A stretch of DNA of 64,000 nt, taken from the IMG/VR virus record IMGVR_UViG_3300025645_000069, positions 1,424-65,423 of that record. One strand, given 5' to 3'. Positions within the stretch are counted from its first letter, which is position 1. Each line of letters starts with the position of its first letter. This document shows, piece by piece, positions 31,195 through 37,471 of the stretch. The DNA is from a virus. Lineage: Duplodnaviria > Caudoviricetes. The notes beneath the pieces were generated by a model, which saw nothing but the letters and a program-made list of their open reading frames with translations, was not told the origin of the DNA and searched no databases. Made by a program: the position numbers and the translations under genes.

Positions 31195-31378
31195 TTTTAT
31201 AATATTTAAATCTGTTCTTTTTTACTGCGAACATTCCTATGTGTTTAGCTCGCACTGTTTCAAAATTACCTTGCTCTATAGTGTCTTTTAAAAGTTTAAA
31301 TTGAGATTTTACTATTAGATCAATCTTAAACTCACTAATACTATATTTTTTAGCTAGTTTCTTTATTATTTTGTCCAC
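31172..31378 (-). CDS. HU/IHF-like DNA-binding protein (short)
   Basis: IIKKLAKKY.IS...I..IV...F..L...I..G...V....IG.F.VK pattern; basic. Confidence 0.65.
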   Translation of the reverse strand: MDKIIKKLAKKYSISEFKIDLIVKSQFKLLKDTIEQGNFETVRAKHIGMFAVKKNRFKYYKNGKKEKS

Positions 31379-31713
31379 GATAACTTATAAGTTATTTCTA
31401 TTCCTTCAGTTGTAATACTTTTTAAAATACTAGGATTTATAGCTTTGTCAATAATCATTTTCTTTTTTCGTAACATAGTAATATGATTATTAAAAGAAGC
31501 TTCAGACATGTTTATTTGTTTTCTAACTAACTTTCTTACAGGAGTAGAAAATAAAGTTTTATCTATATTTTTATTTTCTTTGTTAGATTGCCATATAGCT
31601 AGAAAGCTAGAAAGTACTTCAATCTCTTTATCCTTTAGTTTTAGTATAGGATTAAGAATTTGTAAATACGCCTTCATAGATTTTGGTATGTCAGATTTAA
31701 TAGGTATTATCAT
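31366..31713 (-). CDS. Putative winged-HTH DNA-binding protein
   Basis: L..KEIEVL helix and VRKQINMSEASFNNHITMLRKKKMI HTH-like segment. Confidence 0.55.
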   Translation of the reverse strand: MIIPIKSDIPKSMKAYLQILNPILKLKDKEIEVLSSFLAIWQSNKENKNIDKTLFSTPVRKLVRKQINMSEASFNNHITMLRKKKMIIDKAINPSILKSITTEGIEITYKLSWTK

Positions 31714-31976
31714 AATTCTATTTCAGGAAATAAAACATCTGCTTTGTTTTTATCAATAACAGAGATAGATGCTTTAACATATCTTGCTACATCGCGTGCT
31801 TCTAATCTTTCTTCTTGATTAGAATCTATTCCTAACTTTGATTGCGCTTTAGCATTCATATGAAGTAGTTTATCTATTTGGTATAAATTAGTGTACTTTT
31901 CTAAACAATTAGAACATAGTTTAGAATTTAAAGAAAACTTAAAATGTTTTCTCACTGCTTTTTCAATAACGTCCAT
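31710..31976 (-). CDS. Hypothetical protein
   Basis: 88-aa ORF with 4-nt overlap to its neighbour. Confidence 0.55.
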   Translation of the reverse strand: MDVIEKAVRKHFKFSLNSKLCSNCLEKYTNLYQIDKLLHMNAKAQSKLGIDSNQEERLEARDVARYVKASISVIDKNKADVLFPEIEL

Positions 31977-31978
31977 AT

Positions 31979-32197
31979 TTAAGAATATCTATTACTGTTA
32001 AATTTACCAGCTATAGTACCGTTAGGCTTTTTAATAATACCTCCAAAGCCTCCGCCTTTAACTCGTATCTCTTTCATATATTTATCGCAACAAATTGCTT
32101 CAGGACATACAACTTCTCCGTCCACTATTTTCATAGTATGAGTTCCAAGCTCTAAGTCTTTATTACAATCTGTATCAACGCATTCAAATCTTGTCAT
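31979..32197 (-). CDS. Small Zn-ribbon protein
   Basis: F.C....C and CP...CC motifs; TATATTTG element just upstream. Confidence 0.55.
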   Translation of the reverse strand: MTRFECVDTDCNKDLELGTHTMKIVDGEVVCPEAICCDKYMKEIRVKGGGFGGIIKKPNGTIAGKFNSNRYS

Positions 32198-32201
32198 GCG
32201 A

Positions 32202-32209
32202 CAAATATA
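32202..32209 (-). promoter_or_regulatory. Bacteroidota-type -7 promoter element (TATATTTG), near-leaderless
   Basis: TAnnTTTG ends 4 nt before the ATG at 32197. Confidence 0.5.
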
Positions 32210-32215
32210 ATAAAA

Positions 32216-32956
32216 TTAATTATAATCTAACATATCTTGCACTTCTTTTCTGTAGTCAGCGCACTTTATAAGCTTATACGTGTCATTTTTTTCATTGAAC
32301 CATACAATAAAACAATCTTTTATTTTAAGATCTGTTTCGTGCTCTATGATGTATTTGTATGTAGATAATTGTAGGGAGTAAGTGTTGAATTCACACTCGT
32401 CTAGGTGGGAAACAGGTTCAAGCATTTTATTCTTAAACTTGCTTTTGTAATTTAGCTTTTTGTTAGTCTTCCAGTCAAATATAACTAGAGCATCAAGCGT
32501 GTTAGAGTAATATAACTGATCAACCATACCGCATAGTCCAAGTTTTTCTGAGCCAACACATAGCTCTGAACTTATAGGTACAAGATTGTCTTTTGATTCT
32601 TCGTAGAATTTTAAAAAGTGGGATTCGATAGTATCATATGCACTCATATCTATATCGAAGTCATATATTGTATTAGGTAATATTTTATTATTAATGTAAT
32701 TTTCAGCGTATGCATGAAACTTACTTCCTTTATTACATGCGCGTAAACTAATAGAATCCCACTTATCTAAAATTTCTTGTCTTGTTTTACCTTCTTTGTT
32801 AGCAGTTTTATCTGCCCAGAACTCTTTTAGAAAAGGTTTTTTAAACTTGCTTATAAACGTGGTAACTGACGTAAGAGGTTTACCATTTAATGTATAGGTG
32901 TGCCCTTCTTCTGTAAATATAACGTTGTTAAACTTGTTCAGCTCCTTGAATATCAT
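32216..32956 (-). CDS. PD-(D/E)XK exonuclease
   Basis: SVTT, G..FH...E, SE..V, CGMVD, IFDWKT and YSLQLSTY motifs. Confidence 0.8.
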   Translation of the reverse strand: MIFKELNKFNNVIFTEEGHTYTLNGKPLTSVTTFISKFKKPFLKEFWADKTANKEGKTRQEILDKWDSISLRACNKGSKFHAYAENYINNKILPNTIYDFDIDMSAYDTIESHFLKFYEESKDNLVPISSELCVGSEKLGLCGMVDQLYYSNTLDALVIFDWKTNKKLNYKSKFKNKMLEPVSHLDECEFNTYSLQLSTYKYIIEHETDLKIKDCFIVWFNEKNDTYKLIKCADYRKEVQDMLDYN

Positions 32957-33137
32957 TTTCTTCTTCTTCGATTAGTTTTTCTAAATATACAGCTAAATCC
33001 ATTGCTTCTTCTTGTGCATGTTTTAGCCATTGCAATTTAGTTAAATCTTTTCGATCCATTGTTGTCTTGTACTTCTTTTTTCCTAACTCAGCTCTTTGAG
33101 TTATCTTAGTACAAACCTTATATTCTATTGTACTCAT
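32928..33137 (-). CDS. Small all-alpha protein, MazG/NTP-pyrophosphatase-like
   Basis: G.KKY.TT.DR....WL.HAQEEAMDLAVYLEKL pattern with an EE..D acidic cluster. Confidence 0.5.
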   Translation of the reverse strand: MSTIEYKVCTKITQRAELGKKKYKTTMDRKDLTKLQWLKHAQEEAMDLAVYLEKLIEEEENDIQGAEQV

Positions 33138-33301
33138 GATCCGCAGTTTTCACAATCTGGGTTATCAATACTGCAGGCTTCTGGTTGCTCTGCTTCTTCA
33201 AGATCTACAATCCAACTATCAAAAGTGTTGTTTTTTGATTCATCTGATTTTTTAATCGAGTCCTTTATAAACTCATCGTCAAAAATCTTTTTTTCTGCCA
33301 T
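33134..33301 (-). CDS. 55-aa acidic peptide ending in CSIDNPDCENCGS (not in the ORF track)
   Basis: Manual translation: MAEKKIFDDEFIKDSIKKSDESKNNTFDSWIVDLEEAEQPEACSIDNPDCENCGS. ATGA overlap with the next gene; first gene of the minus-strand block. Confidence 0.75.
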   Translation of the reverse strand: MAEKKIFDDEFIKDSIKKSDESKNNTFDSWIVDLEEAEQPEACSIDNPDCENCGS

Positions 33302-33321
33302 AGTATAAATATTTAATTGTT

Positions 33322-33490
33322 AAAAGAAAAGTGGCCAAAAGAAAACCAAATTGAAACGCCACTAAATTTCAATTGGGAAAGTCATTGCTGGTACAACTTT
33401 CAAACATCACTGCGAGGATAGGAGTTACCTGGTCCAACAGTCGTCCGCTATTTGTTTATCCTTTCGGTGGGTGACTGAAGTTTTATTCTC
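33322..33490 (-). ncRNA. Structured leader RNA (long hairpin plus H-type pseudoknot/terminator-like element)
   Basis: Nested inverted repeats AGTCA/TGACT, CACTG/CGGTG, AGGATA/TATCCT, then interlocked stems CCAATTGAAA/TTTCAATTTGG and GTGGC/GCCAC followed by a U-tract. Confidence 0.4.
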
Positions 33491-33497
33491 GCGAAGG

Positions 33498-33505
33498 CAA
33501 ACGTA
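33498..33505 (-). promoter_or_regulatory. Bacteroidota-type -7 promoter element (TACGTTTG) heading the minus-strand block
   Basis: Exact TAnnTTTG match in the divergent intergenic region. Confidence 0.55.
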
Positions 33506-33521
33506 CAAAAAAAATTTTTAT

Positions 33522-33555
33522 AAAAAAAAGATCCCCCTTATAAAAAGAGGGATCT
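33522..33555 (-). terminator. Hairpin with U-tract on the minus strand
   Basis: Imperfect inverted repeat AGATCCCCCTT/AAGAGGGATCT next to an A8 run on plus. Confidence 0.45.
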
Positions 33556-33812
33556 AAACCAAAAAACAAATCAATCGAAAACAATCAATCGAAAAAACAC
33601 AGTGGCAATATACAATTTTATTTTTTTAAAAAAAAATTATCTATGGAAATGATGGAGTGTACCACTTAATTAACAGCACCCCTTCTATCTTTTGCGGGCT
33701 AACACCCCCACAGTTGCAAATTACAAATTAATCCCTAAAACAAGTTTTATGTCCTCAATTTACAATTTACAAAACTTCGGTTTCCCCTAAAGGAAACACC
33801 ACAGTTGTCCTT

Positions 33813-34091
33813 ATGGCCAACTCTACTGTTACCTTTGGAAACTTGCGCCTACAGTCGGTTGTCATGGACAACGCGTTCTGTTGGCACACTTTCCGCGGAA
33901 ACCTCGAACAGTCGTTTACTCAACTCCAATCACAGAATGCTGTGATTGAAGTTGATTCACCACTAATTTCCGTCGCTGACGCTGACGGAAAAGGTGGTGG
34001 TAAACTCCTGCTCACACCTAACTCACACCTAAAGGTGTTCGTTAACGGTGAAGAGCAAACGATTGCAGTCGCTAGCGCTCCTGCATCGTAA
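33813..34091 (+). CDS. First gene of the plus-strand (early) block, hypothetical
   Basis: 92 aa, C-rich codon usage, followed by its own terminator. The frame is open back to 33732. Confidence 0.7.
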   Translation: MANSTVTFGNLRLQSVVMDNAFCWHTFRGNLEQSFTQLQSQNAVIEVDSPLISVADADGKGGGKLLLTPNSHLKVFVNGEEQTIAVASAPAS

Positions 34092-34095
34092 TAAC

Positions 34096-34122
34096 AGAGC
34101 CCTAACGGGCTCTTTATTTTTT
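34096..34122 (+). terminator. Rho-independent terminator
   Basis: AGAGCCC-TAAC-GGGCTCT followed by TTATTTTTT. Confidence 0.85.
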
Positions 34123-34274
34123 TGGTTGATCTCTTTTGACTACGATACGTTCATTGACGTGTTCCTGTTCAAAAGCCCACATATTCTCTTATAGTTCACT
34201 ATCGTTCTAACCTAGTGCATTATAATATATAGCTAAAACAACAAATTAACAAATAAACACAAAAACAACAAATT

Positions 34275-34643
34275 ATGCGAAACACTAAAAACCAAGAAAT
34301 CTACAATGTTGTAGAGAAAATCTCAAAAAGCCCAGAATTTACATCAATAAGATACAATTCTCACGATGATCCATCAGAAATCATCAATCTATTAAGACAA
34401 CATGTATCTACATTACTAGGTGTAATTCACAACCAAAATCAAGACTACAAAGAATTGAGAGAAGTAACTAACATGTTACAAAAAATCGAAAAGGCTAAGG
34501 CAAGATTTGTAGAAAGAGCAATAGACTCTACTACAAAAGAAGATTACCACGATATTATGCCTTATGGCTTAAGAAATAGAGACATAGTAAAAATAGAAAG
34601 TAAATCTTCTAGAAAAGTAGGTAAAATAGATTTAGATAGCTAA
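34275..34643 (+). CDS. Hypothetical early protein
   Basis: 122 aa with an A/C-rich leader. Confidence 0.7.
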   Translation: MRNTKNQEIYNVVEKISKSPEFTSIRYNSHDDPSEIINLLRQHVSTLLGVIHNQNQDYKELREVTNMLQKIEKAKARFVERAIDSTTKEDYHDIMPYGLRNRDIVKIESKSSRKVGKIDLDS

Positions 34644-34771
34644 TGTTCTTTGAAGATGCACAATTTGCTTGGGACTTATACAATATAAGTCCTGAGCTAA
34701 CGTGTACTTGTGATGAAGTACACACTTGCCAACAATGTCATGAAGAAACTAAAAAAGAAACCAAGATATAA
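34643..34771 (+). CDS. 42-aa Cys-cluster peptide (CTCDEVHTCQQC; not in the ORF track)
   Basis: TAATG overlap with the upstream stop. Translation: MFFEDAQFAWDLYNISPELTCTCDEVHTCQQCHEETKKETKI. Confidence 0.6.
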   Translation: MFFEDAQFAWDLYNISPELTCTCDEVHTCQQCHEETKKETKI

Positions 34772-34839
34772 CATAGACTCAGTAAATAAACTCATTAAAG
34801 ACTTTAAACTAAAAAGTAAAACAAATCCATTTAGAAATT

Positions 34840-35256
34840 ATGAAAAAACTAACAACTCCAGAGAAAATCCAAGAACAGATCTTAAAGACATTCCAAGAAA
34901 AGAAAGAGCATTTTAAAGGTAAAATACCTCAAAAGCTAAAAGATATACCAAAGAAATTTCTACAGCCTTCTTATATGAAGCAGGTTAGAGATTATGAAAC
35001 AGGTGGATGGAAGAAAGAAAGAGTAGAGAATATACATTGGACTAAAGCTCGTACTAAAATATCAAATAGTAAAAGAACAACTAGAAACACACCAAAGTTT
35101 GATACTAATCTAGATGTTACTATTGAACCACGTCAAGAGCGTGTAGATATTAAAGATATTGAGATGACAATTAGTTTGCCATCTAACATGACTGCAAAAG
35201 CTTTTATAGATTTTGTAGCTATGATAAAGAAATCAGGGGCTAAGTATAGCCTCTGA
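34840..35256 (+). CDS. Hypothetical basic early protein
   Basis: 138 aa, Lys/Arg-rich, directly upstream of the ncRNA island. Confidence 0.7.
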   Translation: MKKLTTPEKIQEQILKTFQEKKEHFKGKIPQKLKDIPKKFLQPSYMKQVRDYETGGWKKERVENIHWTKARTKISNSKRTTRNTPKFDTNLDVTIEPRQERVDIKDIEMTISLPSNMTAKAFIDFVAMIKKSGAKYSL

Positions 35257-35259
35257 TAG

Positions 35260-35458
35260 TGCCTGAGAAAGTGCGTAACATAGCACGTTGAGTAACTGAC
35301 GAGTTGCTATTATGTAGTCCTGTTGCACGGCAGGCAAATATAACAAACAAGAAGTAACGGTGCGGCAAAAGGGGATGTACCTTTCGTTCACGTTGAGGTT
35401 TTGCATGCTAGCTGCATATAATATTAAGCCCAAGAAGTGGGTCCCCTCCTTGTTTGTT
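35260..35458 (+). ncRNA. Two adjacent multi-stem RNA structures
   Basis: 35260-35336: TGCCTG/CAGGCA, GTGC/GCAC, ATAGCA/TGCTAT. 35342-35458: AACAAACAAG/CTTGTTTGTT closing GGGGA/TCCCC with three internal hairpins. Confidence 0.5.
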
Positions 35459-35461
35459 TAC

Positions 35462-35536
35462 AAAGTACATGGTGCAAGAACATTTACTATAAAAACAATA
35501 GGTTCTTGGCAGGTTCGATTCCTGCATACTTTACCA
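35462..35536 (+). ncRNA. tRNA-like element 1 (no D-stem; 75 nt; CCA end)
   Basis: AAAGTAC-ATGGTG-CAAGAAC...GTTCTTG-GCAGG TTCGATT CCTGC-ATACTTT-A-CCA. Confidence 0.75.
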
Positions 35537-35592
35537 CTAGAAAGGTCGTGATATTCGACGTAATCCTAAGCAAGATGACAAAAGGCTTAACT

Positions 35593-35646
35593 AAAGCATA
35601 TGGTACTAGTGCACTAGTGTAGGTTCGATTCCTACATGCTTTACCA
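35593..35646 (+). ncRNA. tRNA-like element 2 (54-nt mini-tRNA; CCA end)
   Basis: AAAGCAT-ATGGT-ACTAG TGCA CTAGT-GTAGG TTCGATT CCTAC-ATGCTTT-A-CCA, with a perfect 7-bp acceptor stem. Confidence 0.8.
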
Positions 35647-35770
35647 ATAGTAGTGAGTTTGTAGTACCTGAAAAAGCAATAACCGTTGAATACGTAATAG
35701 ACACGGCCAAAGGCAGCTTGGAGGTAAACAACTTTGCAACAAACAATCAGCAATGAGAGTTGCTACTATA
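35647..35770 (+). ncRNA. Multi-stem RNA structure between tRNA-like elements 2 and 3
   Basis: ATAGTAG/CTACTAT, GTTTGT/ACAAAC, TACCT/AGGTA, CCGT/ACGG and CCAA/TTGG nested stems fill the spacer almost exactly. Confidence 0.5.
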
Positions 35771-35774
35771 TTAT

Positions 35775-35859
35775 AAAGCAAATGGTTAGAAGAATGAATA
35801 AATACTCACAGTAGTCCCTTTATATACTTTTGCAGGTTCGATTCCTGCGTGCTTTACTA
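35775..35859 (+). ncRNA. tRNA-like element 3 (85 nt; ACTA end)
   Basis: AAAGCAA-ATGGTT-AGAAG...CTTTT-GCAGG TTCGATT CCTGC-GTGCTTT-A-CTA. Confidence 0.7.
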
Positions 35860-35915
35860 TGCATAAGCATAAACAACAACACAATTATTTATTAATCAGT
35901 TAAAAAAACAAAAAA

Positions 35916-36605
35916 ATGGCTGAAACAACTCAAACAACAACAGTAGCTCAAGAAGTTACAAATGCAACACCAGTAAAAATTCATGGTATTGTCCCAACAG
36001 TAAACCCAAATGTATTCCAACTAATTTTACGTTCGGAAAACGAAAAGCCTTCGGCAGCAGGTAGCGGACCAGAAGGATTCTCTATGTTTATGAGTACATA
36101 CTCACAAAACAACGTAGAAAAAAGAGTTAAATATCATGCAGTAGATGCTAACTTCCTAGAAGGTTATAATCTTGCAGACGTAACTCGTGGAGCTGATGGT
36201 AAAGTACAATCTGTAGACTTAAACAATGTTGACCCTGTGTCAGGTGAAATGATTAGTGGTGCAATAGAATTAAGTAGTTTAAAAAGAGTTAAGGACATTA
36301 AAAATCCTTTAAATGGTAATTCTATTTTACCTGAAACATTACCTGAACACAAACTTGTTCTTACAGAGACTTTTGTACAAAAGTTTAACAAAGACAAGAA
36401 TGATATGATTACTTGGAGTCAAAAGCCTAAGCAGAATCCTTCTACTAAGGAAACACTATGTAATCAAGGTAAACCAATTTATAGAAATGTGGATCTTACA
36501 TTTGACACGGAAAAGCAAGATGTATACATCAAACATGATGGTACAGAGCCTGCAAGTGTAAATGCAGATCCTTTTAGTACTACTTCAGATGGATTAATGG
36601 GGTAG
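35916..36605 (+). CDS. Conserved crAss-like early protein (possible ssDNA-binding)
   Basis: 229 aa. C-terminal K.NP.T...L...GKPIYR.....D..I.HD motif and acidic tail; strong A-rich leader. Confidence 0.55.
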   Translation: MAETTQTTTVAQEVTNATPVKIHGIVPTVNPNVFQLILRSENEKPSAAGSGPEGFSMFMSTYSQNNVEKRVKYHAVDANFLEGYNLADVTRGADGKVQSVDLNNVDPVSGEMISGAIELSSLKRVKDIKNPLNGNSILPETLPEHKLVLTETFVQKFNKDKNDMITWSQKPKQNPSTKETLCNQGKPIYRNVDLTFDTEKQDVYIKHDGTEPASVNADPFSTTSDGLMG

Positions 36606-36616
36606 TTTGCAACGAT

Positions 36617-36649
36617 AGACGGAGAGAGTAATATCTCTCTGTCTTTCTT
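36617..36649 (+). terminator. Rho-independent terminator
   Basis: AGACGGAGAGA-GTAATA-TCTCTCTGTCT followed by TTCTT. Confidence 0.7.
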
Positions 36650-36661
36650 AAACAATAAGTT

Positions 36662-36868
36662 ATGACAAAAAGAACAGTAAATATTTCAATAGATGAGCTT
36701 ACATCATTAAAAGCTCACACTGATGATGAAGGTAACATTGAAAACTTTGACAAGTTTATAGAATGCCAATCACATTTTAGTGATGTTATATTATCAGATG
36801 CAGAAACAAGTAACATTAACAAATTTTATAACCAAACAGTAAATCAATCTAAACAAGAGAACTCATGA
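36662..36868 (+). CDS. Hypothetical acidic protein
   Basis: 68 aa with ATGA coupling to the next gene. Confidence 0.6.
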   Translation: MTKRTVNISIDELTSLKAHTDDEGNIENFDKFIECQSHFSDVILSDAETSNINKFYNQTVNQSKQENS

Positions 36869-37125
36869 ACATTTTATTATTAAGTTTATTCATCCTCGCA
36901 GTAGCAACTATTATTAATATGGTTAGCTTAGGAAAATCAGTTAAAAGAACAAGATTGTTAGAACAAAATATTACTAACTTACAATCTGCAGAGTTCTATT
37001 TTAAAACACGTTTAAGTAAATTAGAACAAGATGTACTTGATTGTACAACTATTGTTAATAAGCCTAAAGCTAAACGTGGTAGACCTAGAAAATCTAAAGC
37101 TGTAGTACATGAGCTCGGAAACTAG
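36865..37125 (+). CDS. Small membrane-anchored coiled-coil protein with AT-hook
   Basis: Hydrophobic N-terminus, heptad region and KRGRPRK. Confidence 0.6.
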   Translation: MNILLLSLFILAVATIINMVSLGKSVKRTRLLEQNITNLQSAEFYFKTRLSKLEQDVLDCTTIVNKPKAKRGRPRKSKAVVHELGN

Positions 37126-37471
37126 AAAGGAGTTTATAATTCGTATGATTATGTTAATCAACGAGTTACCAGAAGAAAAGAAGCGCGATCAATTTGCGCT
37201 TCTAAACTTCTTGGAGTTCCAATTAAAATCTCGAGATCATTTGTTTGTTGAAGAATTTATCACTAATCTTACAGCTAAAATTAATCGTAACGAAGTATTT
37301 TATGGGCAAGCACACATTAAAAGAATTGTTCTTTCGGTCATCGAAAAGTTTGGAGCAGAGAGTGAATATAATTTCAAGGTTCCAGACTATTACGAAAAGC
37401 TCCTGCAACAAGATTTGGGCAGCGAGACAAATAGAGCTACTATTGAGAAAATTAAACAAGAAACTAAATGA
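37109..37471 (+). CDS. Hypothetical protein
   Basis: 120 aa with ATGA coupling to polA. Confidence 0.6.
   Translation: MSSETRKEFIIRMIMLINELPEEKKRDQFALLNFLEFQLKSRDHLFVEEFITNLTAKINRNEVFYGQAHIKRIVLSVIEKFGAESEYNFKVPDYYEKLLQQDLGSETNRATIEKIKQETK

Noticed and set aside
32216-32956. Cas4/CRISPR-associated nuclease
   Set aside because: PD-(D/E)XK motifs are present but the four-Cys Fe-S pattern is not evident, and there is no array or other cas gene.
35262-35310. Hammerhead ribozyme (GAAA at ~35267 and CTGACGA at ~35296)
   Set aside because: The core words are present, but I could not build stems I and II or the A15.1-U16.1 pair around them.
35537-35592. HDV-like (theta) ribozyme in the trailer of a tRNA-like element
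   Set aside because: Plausible by context, but I could not identify the nested double pseudoknot by eye; a motif search would be needed.
35233-35753. Short ORFs listed across the ncRNA island (35233-35433, 35360-35551, 35437-35622, 35487-35753)
   Set aside because: Non-ATG or poorly placed starts, mutual overlap and atypical composition; better explained as chance ORFs over structured RNA.
35462-35859. Canonical tRNA genes or tmRNA
   Set aside because: No D-stem and no canonical anticodon arm (the only 7-nt loop, AAAAACA, lacks U33). No G3-U70 pair or tag reading frame. Reported as tRNA-like elements instead.
35506-35859. CRISPR array (repeat GCAGGTTCGATTCCTGC...CTTTAC)
   Set aside because: Only three imperfect copies with very unequal spacing (~110 and ~213 nt), and no cas genes. 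The repeats are explained by T-arm/acceptor structure.
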